Shown: positions 1 through 10,088 of the stretch, in pieces
Layout: each line of letters opens with the position of its first letter
Position numbering within the stretch: position 1 is the first letter of the stretch
Assembly (NCBI GenBank): GCA_963702435.1
Contig: CAVPCR010000001.1
Span: 128,001 to 192,000 of the forward strand
Reading direction: 5' to 3'
Source: Candidatus Eiseniibacteriota bacterium
Lineage (GTDB): Bacteria; Eisenbacteria; RBG-16-71-46; CAVPCR01
Length of the DNA: 64,000 bases
Made by a program: the position numbers and the translations under genes
Notes under the pieces: generated by a model
Databases searched by the model: none
What the model saw: only the letters and a program-made list of their open reading frames with translations
What the model was told of the DNA's origin: nothing

Positions 1-777
1 CATGAAGCCCAGGTCCTTGAGGAAGCGCATGCGCTCGCAGTGGCCCGGATAGCGGATGGTCTTGTACTCGATCGTGCGGAGCCGCGGGCCGAGCGTGCGC
101 GGGAGGGTCGAGGAGCCGCCCGAGGTGTGGAACGCTTCGAGCGGTCCGAAGCCGGGGAAGGTGACGCGCTCGACCTCGGTGAGCGACTCGACCTCGACGA
201 CCTTGCCGTCGCGCACGACACGGGACGGCTCGACGTACTCGTTGATGAGGCCTTCGGGGGCGAAGACCAGCTTGTAGTCGAGCGGCGGCTTGGGGCGGAG
301 CGGCAATCCGCCGACGCGGATCAGGAGCGACTCGGGCGCCGGGTGCCGCGCCACGGCGAGCGCCCCGAGCACGGTCGCCATCCCGGGCGCGAGGCCGCAG
401 TCGGGGATGATCGTGACCCCGGCCGCTTTCGCCTCGGCGTCGAGCGCGAGCTCGGCGTCGACCACCGCGTTGTTGCCGCCGAGGTCGCAGAAGTGGGCGC
501 CGCCCGCGATCGCGGCCCGGGCGAGACCCAGGTTGAACCCGTAGTAGGTCGCGGAGACGAGGACATCCACCTCGCGGGCGAGCGCCGTCACCGCCGGCAT
601 GCTGCCCGCGTCGAGCGACCGCGCCTCGGTGCGCCCGCTCCGGTCGACATCCGCGACCCGCCGGGCCCGCCGGAGGTCGAGATCGGCGACGACGATCTTC
701 TCGACGTCCGGCTGCGCTGCGAAATCGTATGCGATCGCCGTGCCCTGCAGGCCGGCGCCGATCAGGCCTAGCTTCAT
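1..777 (-). CDS. Saccharopine/lysine dehydrogenase family protein (3' end outside window)
   Basis: Own translation: starts MKLGLIGAGLQGTAIAYDF (Rossmann GxGxxG); contains EAFHTSGGSSTLP and EYKTIRYPGH; open to window edge. Confidence 0.85.
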   Translation of the reverse strand, partial: MKLGLIGAGLQGTAIAYDFAAQPDVEKIVVADLDLRRARRVADVDRSGRTEARSLDAGSMPAVTALAREVDVLVSATYYGFNLGLARAAIAGGAHFCDLGGNNAVVDAELALDAEAKAAGVTIIPDCGLAPGMATVLGALAVARHPAPESLLIRVGGLPLRPKPPLDYKLVFAPEGLINEYVEPSRVVRDGKVVEVESLTEVERVTFPGFGPLEAFHTSGGSSTLPRTLGPRLRTIEYKTIRYPGHCERMRFLKDLGFM

Positions 778-991
778 CGCCCCCTCCCCGTTCGACCTCG
801 TGTCCCTTCCCTGGTACGACCCGGGTCCGCCGGCGCCGCGGCCGGCCGGCGACCGGTGGGAGCGCATTCTACTCTGCCGCGGCGCGGGACAAAAGCGCGG
901 GGGGCGCCCGCCTCACGGCAGACGCCCCCCGGGACGAGGCTTGCGCCGAGCGGGCCGCCAGCGGGCCCGCTCGCGCGCTCGGCTCACCCTG

Positions 992-3900
992 TCACTTCAT
1001 CAGCACCATCTTGTTCTGGAGCACCTTCGAACCGAGCTCGAGGCGATAGAGATAGACGCCCGAGCCGACCGCGCTGCCGCGGTCGTCCGTGCCGTTCCAC
1101 TCGATCGCATGGTCGCCGGCGGCGAGATCGCCGTCGACGAGGGTGCGCACGAGCTGGCCCTGCGCGTCGTAGATGCGCAGCGCCGCCCGCATGCCCTCGG
1201 GCAGGCCGAAGGTGATGACCGTCGCTGGGTTGAACGGATTCGGCCGGTTCTGGCCGAGCACCACCGTCGCCGGCAGCGTGCGCTCGACCGTGACCTCGAG
1301 CGGACCGAAGGTCTGCGTCGAGCCGTCGATGTCGAGGGCCACGAGCCGGTAGCTGTACGTCGCCCCACCCTGCGCGGTGCGGTCGGTGTACGAGTACGCG
1401 CCCGGGGTGTCGCCGTTCGCCGTGATCAACTGCTCGTTGACCCGGGCGAAGCTCGAGCTGCCGCTCGCGGCGCGCTCGATGTTGAACCCGGCGTTCCCCT
1501 GCTCCGACGCCGTGCGCCAGGTCAGGGTGACCGTGCCGTTCTCGCTCGCCGCGGTGAACGACGCGATCTCGACCGCCGACGGCGGGATCACCTCGCAGGT
1601 GGTCGTGCAGCAGCTCTGGAGGCTGTCGTCATCGGTCACGCAGAGCGTCACCGTGAAGGTGCCCGGAGCGGCGTAGGCGTGGGTCGGCTGGGCGCCGGTG
1701 GCCGTGCCGCCGTCGCCGAAGTTCCACGCGTAGAGGACGATCGTGCCGTCGGGATCGGACGATCCGGTCCCGTCGAACTGGATCGGCGCGTTGACGTCAC
1801 CCTGATACGGACCGCCGGCGTCGCAGACCGGCGGCAGGTTCGCCACCTCGATCGTCGCCGTGGTCGTGCAGCAGCTACGGGCGCCGTCGTCATCGGTCAC
1901 GCACAGGGTGACCGTGTAGTTGCCGGCGCTCGCGTAGGTGTGGCTCGGGGTCGGGCCGGTGGCCGTCCCGCCGTCGCCGAAGTTCCACTCGTAGAGGACG
2001 ATCGTGCCGTCCGGGTCGTTCGAACCGGTGCCGTCGAAGGCCACCGGCTGACCGGCGATGCCCGCGTACGGACCACCCGCATCGCAGACCGGCGGCTGGT
2101 TCGCGGACTGGATGGTCGCGGGCGTCTCGCAGCAGCTCTGCGCACCCTGGTTGTCGACGACGCAGAGCGTCACGATGTAGGTGCCGGCGTTCGCGTAGGT
2201 GTGGCTCGGCGTCGGGCCGGTGCCCGTGCCGCCGTCCCCGAAGTTCCACGCGTACGAGACGATCGTGCCGTCCGGATCGTTCGAGCCGGTGCCGTCGAAG
2301 GCCACCGCCTGACCGGCGATGCCCGAGTACGGACCGCCGGCGTCGCAGATCGGCGGGATGTTCTGGGCACCGATGTTGGCCTGCGTCTCGCAGCAACTCC
2401 GCCCGTTCGCATTATCGGTGACGCAGAGCGTCACGATGTAGCTGCCCGGGCTCGCATAGGCATGGCTCGGGGTCGGGCCCGAGCCCGTGTTGCCGTCCCC
2501 GAAGTTCCACGCGTAGGAGACGATCGTGCCGTCCGGATCGCTCGAACCGGTGCCGTCGAAGGCGATCGCCTGGTTGACGAGGCCGGAGTACGGGCCGCCC
2601 GCGTCGCACACGGGAAGCACGTTGATCGTGGCCGTGGTCTCGCAGGTCGAGGTGGCACCGTCGTTGTCGGTCACGATGAGGGTCACGACGAAGACGCCGC
2701 CCGCCGCGTAGGTATGGCTCGGGGTCGGGCCGGAACCCGTCCCGCCGTCCCCGAAGGTCCACGCGTAGGAGACGATCGTGCCGTCCGGATCGCTCGATCC
2801 CGAGCCGTTGAAGGCGACCGCCTGGCCGGCCGTGCCCGTGTACGGACCGCCCGCGTTGCAGACCGGCGCGACGTTGATGTCGGCCGTCGTCTCGCAGGTC
2901 GAGGTGGCGCCGTCGTTGTCGGTCACCGTGAGGGTCACGACGAAGACGCCGCCCGTCGCGTAGGTATGGCTCGGGGTCGGGCCCGTGCCCGTGCCGCCGT
3001 CGCCGAAGGTCCACGCGTACGAGACGATCGTGCCGTCCGGATCGCTCGAGCCCGAGCCGTTGAAGGCGACCGGCACGCCGACCGTGCCCGTATACGGACC
3101 GCCCGCGTTGCAGATCGGCCGCGCGTTGATGTCAGCCGTCGTCTGGCAGGTGGAGCTCGCGCCGCGGTTGTCGGTCACGGTGAGGCCCACCGTGAAGACG
3201 CCGCCCGTCGCGTAGGTGTGGCTCGGGGTCGGGCCCGTGCCGGTGCCGCCGTCGCCGAAGGTCCACGCGTACGAGACGATCGTCCCGTCCGGGTCGCTCG
3301 AGCCCGTGCCGTTGAAGGCGACCGGCACGCCGACCGTGCCCGTGTACGGACCGCCCGCGTTGCAGACCGGCAGCCTGTTGATGTCCGCCGTCGTCTGGCA
3401 GTTCGAGCTCGCACCGTTGTTGTCGGTCACGATGAGCGTCACCGTGAACACTCCGCCCGTCGTGTAGGTATGGCTCGGCGTCGCGCCCGTGCCCGTGCCG
3501 CCGTCGCCGAAGGTCCACGCGTAGGAGACGATCGTCCCGTCCGGGTCAGAGGAGCCTGTGCCGTTGAAGGCGACCGGCTGGCCGACGTTCCCCGTGTAGG
3601 GGCCGCTCGGGTTGCAGATCGGGAAGCGGTTCACGTCCACCGAGGTATCGCAGGTGGAGGTCTCGCCGCAGGCATCCGTCACCGCGAGGGACACGGAGAA
3701 GTTGCCACCCGACGTGTAGGTGTGGGTCGGATTCGGGCCGCTCCCCGTTGCACCATCACCGAACGTCCAGGCATAGGTGAGCACATCGCCGTCAGGATCA
3801 GAGGATCCCGCGCTGCTGAAGGAGATCGGCTGCCCGACGTTCCCCTGGTAGGGGCCGTTCACGTTGCAGATGGGATCCCGGTTGCCCGAGCCTCTGAGCG

Positions 3901-4354
3901 CCACGAGGCGCGGGTTCGGAGGCAGCACCGGAGCTCCGGCAGTGATCGTCAGAGTGCCATCCAGCAGTGCATCACCAGGTGAGTTTGGGCAGAAGCGGAT
4001 CGTGATCGCCACCTGCGAACCGTTCCCTGGAATCTGGAGCGGGAGCGGCGGCGGGTTTAAGACGGTGAACGCGCCCGGTGCAGTCTGGAGGTTCGTGATC
4101 GTCAAGATGCTCGTTGGGTCGCTCACGTCGTTGAAGAGATTGATGACCCGGTCGGCGCACTGGCCGAGGCAGACTGTCCCGAAGTCGAGACCATCGGGAG
4201 TGACGCCGATCTTGGGCGTCAGCGCCAGGATGCCGCTGTCGTCGCCGGTACCGATGCCCTGCGCGGAAGCGAGCGGCGCATCCGCCGCCAGCGCGCTCGT
4301 GGCGAAGAGCCCGAGGCTCAGGACCGCAAGCCACGATATCCAGAACTTCTTCAT
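992..4354 (-). CDS. Secreted PKD-repeat protein (9 repeats) with C-terminal FlgD-Ig-like domain
   Basis: Signal peptide; nine ~84-aa repeats PxCxAGGPY...SSDPDGTIVSYAWxFGDG; C-terminus QNRPNPFNPAT...SGVYLYRL...KMVLMK. Confidence 0.9.
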   Translation of the reverse strand: MKKFWISWLAVLSLGLFATSALAADAPLASAQGIGTGDDSGILALTPKIGVTPDGLDFGTVCLGQCADRVINLFNDVSDPTSILTITNLQTAPGAFTVLNPPPLPLQIPGNGSQVAITIRFCPNSPGDALLDGTLTITAGAPVLPPNPRLVALRGSGNRDPICNVNGPYQGNVGQPISFSSAGSSDPDGDVLTYAWTFGDGATGSGPNPTHTYTSGGNFSVSLAVTDACGETSTCDTSVDVNRFPICNPSGPYTGNVGQPVAFNGTGSSDPDGTIVSYAWTFGDGGTGTGATPSHTYTTGGVFTVTLIVTDNNGASSNCQTTADINRLPVCNAGGPYTGTVGVPVAFNGTGSSDPDGTIVSYAWTFGDGGTGTGPTPSHTYATGGVFTVGLTVTDNRGASSTCQTTADINARPICNAGGPYTGTVGVPVAFNGSGSSDPDGTIVSYAWTFGDGGTGTGPTPSHTYATGGVFVVTLTVTDNDGATSTCETTADINVAPVCNAGGPYTGTAGQAVAFNGSGSSDPDGTIVSYAWTFGDGGTGSGPTPSHTYAAGGVFVVTLIVTDNDGATSTCETTATINVLPVCDAGGPYSGLVNQAIAFDGTGSSDPDGTIVSYAWNFGDGNTGSGPTPSHAYASPGSYIVTLCVTDNANGRSCCETQANIGAQNIPPICDAGGPYSGIAGQAVAFDGTGSNDPDGTIVSYAWNFGDGGTGTGPTPSHTYANAGTYIVTLCVVDNQGAQSCCETPATIQSANQPPVCDAGGPYAGIAGQPVAFDGTGSNDPDGTIVLYEWNFGDGGTATGPTPSHTYASAGNYTVTLCVTDDDGARSCCTTTATIEVANLPPVCDAGGPYQGDVNAPIQFDGTGSSDPDGTIVLYAWNFGDGGTATGAQPTHAYAAPGTFTVTLCVTDDDSLQSCCTTTCEVIPPSAVEIASFTAASENGTVTLTWRTASEQGNAGFNIERAASGSSSFARVNEQLITANGDTPGAYSYTDRTAQGGATYSYRLVALDIDGSTQTFGPLEVTVERTLPATVVLGQNRPNPFNPATVITFGLPEGMRAALRIYDAQGQLVRTLVDGDLAAGDHAIEWNGTDDRGSAVGSGVYLYRLELGSKVLQNKMVLMK

Positions 4355-4736
4355 GATGCCTCCCAGGCTGATCGATCGAGAGTTGGTGAGACGTGAGATC
4401 CAGGCAGGGCCACTCGAGGCCGGAGCGGGGACTCACCGCGTGAATGCGGCCGTGATGGACGCGCCAGTGGCGAGAGCATGCCGGCCGGGTTCCAAGATGC
4501 ACGAGCGCCCCCCGCTCCTTGTGGACGGGTCGAGGCAACGCTCACCCAATGAAGCTCCCGGCTCGAGGCCGGGATCGCCCCCGCCGCCGAGCAGGAATGG
4601 CCATCATAGCAGATAAGCGACGTGAATGCAATGGGTTATTGTGCAAGAACGGGGTCCGCAGGTCCCCGGGCGCGGGCCCCCATTCCCGGTCCGCCGGGCC
4701 GCAGGTCCGCAGGTCCCCGGGCGCGGGGCGCGCAGC

Positions 4737-5726
4737 TCAAGCGTGCAGCTCGACCACGTCCCCGTCGGCCAGCGGATGGTCCCGGTGGACGGTCTGGCCG
4801 TCGAAGGTGTGCGAGCCCCAGACGCGAGCGAAGCGGAGGTGGGCGACGAGGTCGCGGTGGATGTTGAGCGCGAAGTCGGCGACCGTCGCCCCCTGCCTGA
4901 GCACGAAGGGCCGCTCCCGGTCCGCGGGCTTGCCCGGCTCCTTGGCGTAGACGCGGATCACGCCGAGGAGCGTGAAGAGCTCGCGCCCGAGCTCGGCGAG
5001 CCCTCTCCGCTCGACGGCGGAGACCGGGCGGACGGGGAGCCGGCCGGCGAGGAACTCGCCGAGGAGGGCGAGCCCCACCTCGGCGTCCGCGAGCTCGGCG
5101 CGGTTCGCAGCGACGAGCGTCCGGACCGCCACCACCGCGTGATCGTCGAAGGACGCCGCCGCATCGGGCGCGACGAGCTGGACGCGCGACTGCGCGAGGC
5201 GGGCGAGCGTGAACTCGACCTGCTCGAGGAGCGTAGGCTCGGCCAGGTCGACGACGAGGAGGGCGAGATCGGCGCTCCGCACGAGCCCCGGCAGCCACGG
5301 CGGCGTGTGCTCGGCGGCGATCGGCGGCGTGTCCACGAGCTGGATCATCACATCCTCGAAGGGCATCATGCCCGGCTGCGGGACGTGCGTCGTGAACGGA
5401 TAGGCGGCGACCGCCGGCTCGGCGCGGGTGAGGGCGGCGAGGAGCGATGACTTCCCGGCGTTCGGAGGCCCGATCAGGACGACCTGCCCGGCGCCCTCGC
5501 GCGCGACGTGGTCGAAGGTCGTGCGCTTCGCGCCGCCCGGCCCCTCGCGCTGGTGGGCGAGCTTCGCGATCCGCTGCTTGAGATCCGCCTGCAGCTTCTC
5601 GGTGCCCTTGTGCTTGGGCATGACCGCGAGCATCTCGCGGAGGGCGGCGAGCTTCTCATCGGGATCGGTCGCCGCCCGGTAGCGCTCCTCGGCGGCGCGG
5701 TACTGCGGGGTCAAGTTGGCCGGCAT
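4737..5726 (-). CDS. OBG/DRG-like GTPase with TGS domain
   Basis: MPANLTPQY start, [10 protein letters not shown]-loop [18 protein letters not shown]-terminal TGS-like [10 protein letters not shown]. Confidence 0.9.
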   Translation of the reverse strand: MPANLTPQYRAAEERYRAATDPDEKLAALREMLAVMPKHKGTEKLQADLKQRIAKLAHQREGPGGAKRTTFDHVAREGAGQVVLIGPPNAGKSSLLAALTRAEPAVAAYPFTTHVPQPGMMPFEDVMIQLVDTPPIAAEHTPPWLPGLVRSADLALLVVDLAEPTLLEQVEFTLARLAQSRVQLVAPDAAASFDDHAVVAVRTLVAANRAELADAEVGLALLGEFLAGRLPVRPVSAVERRGLAELGRELFTLLGVIRVYAKEPGKPADRERPFVLRQGATVADFALNIHRDLVAHLRFARVWGSHTFDGQTVHRDHPLADGDVVELHA

Positions 5727-5905
5727 GCGCGAGCTCCTCGGCTTCCTGCTCCCCTAGCATAAAGCCTCCCGGGGAGGCTTGCAGAACCCGCCCGCCTGCG
5801 ATTCAATCCTCGATCCGCGCGGCCGGCGGGGTCGCGCGGTCCGCGCGCCGCCCGCGCACCGGCCCGCGGCACCCGCCGGCGGCGCCGCCGAACCCCGGAG
5901 AACGC

Positions 5906-7177
5906 ATGCGTTCGAAATCGCTCCTCATCATCTTCTTCACCGTCTTCCTCGACCTCCTCGGGTTCGGGATCATCATCCCGATCCTCCCCTACTACGCCGA
6001 GCGCTTCGGGGCCTCTCCCGCCGTCATCACGCTCCTCATGGCGTCGTACTCGCTCATGCAGTTCCTCTTCGCCCCGGTCTGGGGACGCCTCTCCGACCGC
6101 CTCGGCCGCCGCCCGATCATCCTCCTGAGCCTCGCGGTGTCAACCGGCGGATACGTCCTCCTCGGCTTCGCGAACTCGCTCACCCTCGTCTTCGTCGCGC
6201 GCATCCTGGCCGGCATCGGCAACGCCAACATCCCGACCGCCCAGGCCTACGTCGCCGATGTGACGAAACCCGAGGAGCGCGCGCGCGGCATGGGCCTCGT
6301 CGGCATGGCCTTCGGACTCGGTTTCGTGTTCGGACCGGCGCTCGGCGGGCTCCTCGGTGGCATCGCGATCCATCTCCCGGCCTTCGCCGCCGCCGCGCTC
6401 ACCGCGCTCGATCTGCTCCTCGCCGTGTTCATCCTCCGCGAGCCCAGGGAACGCAGCGTGAACCCGGCCGGCCCGCGCGGACTCGGCGCCAACATGCGCG
6501 CGTTCGTCCTCGCGCTCGAGCGGCCGAACATGGCGATCCTGTTCACTCTCTTCTTCCTCTCGACGTTCGCCTTCGCCCAGCTCGAGTCCACCTTCTCGCT
6601 CTACATCGAGCACCGCTTCACGCTCAACCAGTCCATGATCGGCCCGCCGGCGCCGGTCGTGATCTCGGCGCCGCACGACGGCGACACCCAGCGCGCCGCG
6701 GCACGCGCCACCGGGGCGGCGCTGTTCGTGGTCGGCATCGTGTCGGCGGCCGTGCAGGGCGGGCTCATCGGCCGGCTCGCCCGGCGCTTCGGCGAGGAAC
6801 CGCTCGTGCGCACGGGCCTCATCCTCCTCGCCGTGGGCCTCGCCATCTTCCCGCTCGCGCCGACCCTCACGCTCCTCTATCCGGCATGCGTGGTGATCGC
6901 CGCGGGGAGCGGCATCCTCGGCCCGTCGCTCCAATCGCTCCTCTCGCGCCATGCGCCGGCCGACGAGCAGGGCGGGACGCTCGGCCTCGGCCAGTCGCTG
7001 TCGAGCCTCGCGCGCGTGCTCGGGCCGCTCCTCGGCGGCATCCTCTTCGAGCGCGTCGGGCTCGGCGCTCCCTACTGGATCGGCGCGCTGCTCATGCTCG
7101 CCGCCGCTGCCTTCACCCTCCGCCTGCGTCCGGCACCGGGCGTGCCCGGGAGCGGGCGTGGAATGATGCACGGGTGA
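5906..7177 (+). CDS. MFS transporter (TetA-like DHA1)
   Basis: Motif A WGRLSDRLGRRP, DLLGFGIIIP, GFVFGPALGG; many hydrophobic segments. Confidence 0.9.
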   Translation: MRSKSLLIIFFTVFLDLLGFGIIIPILPYYAERFGASPAVITLLMASYSLMQFLFAPVWGRLSDRLGRRPIILLSLAVSTGGYVLLGFANSLTLVFVARILAGIGNANIPTAQAYVADVTKPEERARGMGLVGMAFGLGFVFGPALGGLLGGIAIHLPAFAAAALTALDLLLAVFILREPRERSVNPAGPRGLGANMRAFVLALERPNMAILFTLFFLSTFAFAQLESTFSLYIEHRFTLNQSMIGPPAPVVISAPHDGDTQRAAARATGAALFVVGIVSAAVQGGLIGRLARRFGEEPLVRTGLILLAVGLAIFPLAPTLTLLYPACVVIAAGSGILGPSLQSLLSRHAPADEQGGTLGLGQSLSSLARVLGPLLGGILFERVGLGAPYWIGALLMLAAAAFTLRLRPAPGVPGSGRGMMHG

Positions 7178-7303
7178 CCGGGCGGAGACGACGCGGGCAA
7201 GACGACGCGGGCGGCAGCGCAGACGACGCGGGCGGCGGCCGGAATCGTCGCTCCGACCGCCGCCCGCTGATCGCGGCAGGGGATGCCGCCGTTTCGTCCG
7301 ACC

Positions 7304-9209
7304 CTACTTCATGAGCTGCATCTTCCGGCTCTGGAGGAGCTGGCCGCCGGCCCGGAGCTCGTAGAAGTACGTGCCCGAGGCCACGGCCCGGCCCGCATCG
7401 TCCTTCCCGTCCCAGACCGCCTCGTGCCCGCCGGCGGCGCGCGGACCGCCGGCCAGCGTCCGCACGAGCTGCCCGGCGAGGTTGTAGATCTTGAGCGTCA
7501 CGTCGTCCGCCGCATCCGGCACCCGGTAGGCGATGCGGGTCGCCGGGTTGAACGGATTCGGCACGTTCTGCTCGAGCGCGTAGACCGGCCCGATCACACC
7601 CGCGGTCTCCTCGACCGCCGAGCCGCCGGAGAGCACCGTGTCGTACTTGGTCTGCGCCGCCCGCGACACGGCCTGGAGATCGGCGAGGCTCGTGCCGGCG
7701 CACATGGCGAAGGCGACGACCGCAGTGCCGCCGGCCGGAATGTTGAACGGCCCCGTGCAGATCAGCGTTCCGACATCGCGGTTCGCGAGCGTCGTCTGCG
7801 TGAAGCCCGAGATGAGCCACTGGTGCTTGGTCGTGTTGGTGTGGACATCGGCGCCGGCTCCAGTCTCGGTGAGCGCGCGGAAGCTCCGCACCCCCTCCGC
7901 GTTGAGCACGCGCACGCCGGCCCGGTTCGCAGTGGACGGATCGGAGACGTAGCCGAGCTTGTTCGTCGCGTCGTACGCCACACCGTTCGTCGCGTAGTTG
8001 ACCGCGGTGAAGTCCCAGTCGAAGATGAGCCCCGGGATGACGCCGGCGAGGGCCGCAGCCGTCGTGTTCGTGATCCGGTAGCGGAGGATCACGTACTTGT
8101 CGTCGCCCGGGTCGTTCCAGGCGTAGGACTCGAGCCGCACGCGGACGCCGAGGGGCGGGGTCGCGCCCGAGGTCATGAGCGGCCCGATCCGGTTCGCCGC
8201 CGAGTCGTCGAACTCGCTCACCGACTCCTGGTCGGCGAGCGTCCCCGGCGTGAGCAGGGTCAGGTTCGTGCGCGGCACGAAGTCCGCATCCTGCGGCAGG
8301 AAGTTCACGTTGTCCTGCCAGCGGAAGTCGTCGGACACCGCCGTGTCGGCCGCCGCCTCGCGCCCGATGATGAACGACCCCTCGAACAGGTGGTTGGTGC
8401 CGACCGGGAACTGGAACCCGGCGCCGCCGCCGATCCCCGTCAAGCCGTTCCCGGCCGCAGCGCTGGCCGGAAGCCCCACGTTCCCGCAGTTGGTGACCCC
8501 GAGCCGCACCTGGCCCACGTCGTGCGTCGCGATCTGGTAGACCGGCAGCGTCTCGTCGTAGAGGGCAGTCAGGGCGGCGATGTCATCGGCAGCGAGCGAG
8601 GCCAGGTTCTGGTCGCAGTAGGTCGTGGACGGGAACATGGTCGCGCCGCCCACGGTCGTGTGGCCGATGCCGATCAGGTGTCCGATCTCGTGCGTGGCGA
8701 TCGACTGGACGATCATCCGGCCGGCGCAACCGCCTTGCTGCGCGGCTGGGAGCGTGATCCAGGACCACTGCCGGCCGAACGTGATGTCGGAGTCGGTCCG
8801 CCGGAGCTTGCCCAGGTTGCCCGCGATGTAGTCGGCGCCCAGATCGTAGTTGCTCGAGGTAACGCCGATGCAGCTTCCCGTGCACTGGCTCAGGCAGTCC
8901 CGGAAGGAGATCACGTTCTGGTAATCCGTCAAGAGCCCGCACGGGTTCGCGGTCGTCACCTCGGGGCCCTCGAGGAAGGCGACCTTGGAACCGGTCACCA
9001 CCTCCCAGTTGAGGAAGCTCTGGCGGACGTCGGTGAACTCGTCGTTCCCGGGCACCGTGGGCTCGTTCTGGAACGTGTTCATGCGGTACGGCACGGGCAG
9101 CGCGGGGTCGTGCCACTTGCCGTCGAGGAGCGATGTAGGCGCCGGCCGCGCCGGCGAAGGCCATGCCGCCGAGAGCGATGACGGCGAGCGCGATCGTGAT
9201 CCGAGGCAT
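7304..9209 (-). CDS. Secreted matrixin-like zinc metalloprotease with FlgD-Ig-like C-terminus (frameshift near 9130)
   Basis: HEIGHLIGIGH zinc motif and Met-turn ATMFP; signal peptide MPRITIALAVIALGG (ATG 9209, AGGGAG upstream) lies in another frame and joins after a 1-nt shift. Confidence 0.8.
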
Positions 9210-9247
9210 GCTGCTCTTCTCCCTGTGCGTCGTGTGACGGATCATGG

Positions 9248-9820
9248 CTACTTCACCCCCGCGATCTCGCGCACGCGCTCGACGAGCTCCTCGCGCCCGT
9301 AGACGACAGGCTCGGGCTCCCGGATACCCTCCGGCCCGGCCACCACGACACCGTCGGCCGGGACCCGCTGCACGTACATCTCGCGCTGCGTCACCGGATC
9401 CACCTCGAGCGCGTACTTGCCCTGGTAGAAGCCGAGCGTGCGGTAGATGTCGTCCACCCGCTCGACGAAGACGAAGACGGGCTCGCCTTCGCGATAGACC
9501 GGCACCCCCTCGACCACCGAGAGCGTGCGGCCGACGCGGCCCCCCATCTCGACGAGGACGAGATCGGCGGGGAGCTGCTCGCCGGCGACGACCTGGTCGA
9601 CGGCGATCGTCACGTAGGTGTTGATGAAGCTGTGATCGTCGTTCCAGCGCACGTCCACGCGGGTCACGGTCCCGGTGACGGCGGCGTTCATGTGGACGAC
9701 GAAGTCGTTGATCGTCCACGGGGCGAGCGTGGTGGCGAGCCCCGGGGCCGCCGGGGCCAGGGCGAGGGCCGCCGCGACGGCGAGAGGCAACGTCAGGACG
9801 AGGACGCGGGAACGTCTCAT
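9248..9820 (-). CDS. Secreted hypothetical protein upstream of the matrixin-like protease
   Basis: AGGAGG before ATG 9820; signal peptide; VTGTV...GGRVG...P.Y..GE.VFVF...QGKY pattern. Confidence 0.7.
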   Translation of the reverse strand: MRRSRVLVLTLPLAVAAALALAPAAPGLATTLAPWTINDFVVHMNAAVTGTVTRVDVRWNDDHSFINTYVTIAVDQVVAGEQLPADLVLVEMGGRVGRTLSVVEGVPVYREGEPVFVFVERVDDIYRTLGFYQGKYALEVDPVTQREMYVQRVPADGVVVAGPEGIREPEPVVYGREELVERVREIAGVK

Positions 9821-10088
9821 CGGTGTCCTCCTTGGCATGCAGAGCAAGTCCGGGAGCCGGCGGGGACTCCCATCCGTGAGGTGCCGCGGTCCGCCCGGGA
9901 TCCGGACGACGGCTCGATCGGAGCGACAGCGAGTATACCAGGATCGCGGTAGGGCGAGGCTCCGGTGATATCCGGGGGCCCGGCCGCGGGCGGTCTGCTA
10001 TCCTCCCCGCTTTCGCGCTTCGCGGTCCACCGCTCGCCGAACCCTGGCGCCCGCCCGCCGGCGGCACGAGAGAGAAGGAGCGCCGCGC

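Noticed and set aside
599..3982. 1127-aa plus-strand ORF and other long Arg/Pro-rich ORFs (7283-9181, 8583-10880, 9965-13192, 61267-63858)
   Set aside because: Antisense or off-frame shadows of real genes in high-GC DNA; no motifs
4653..4728. Duplicated ggtccgcaggtccccgggcgcggg; also gacgacgcgggc x3 near 7188-7233 and 21-bp repeats in the OPT 5' end
   Set aside because: Short local duplications with no support for function
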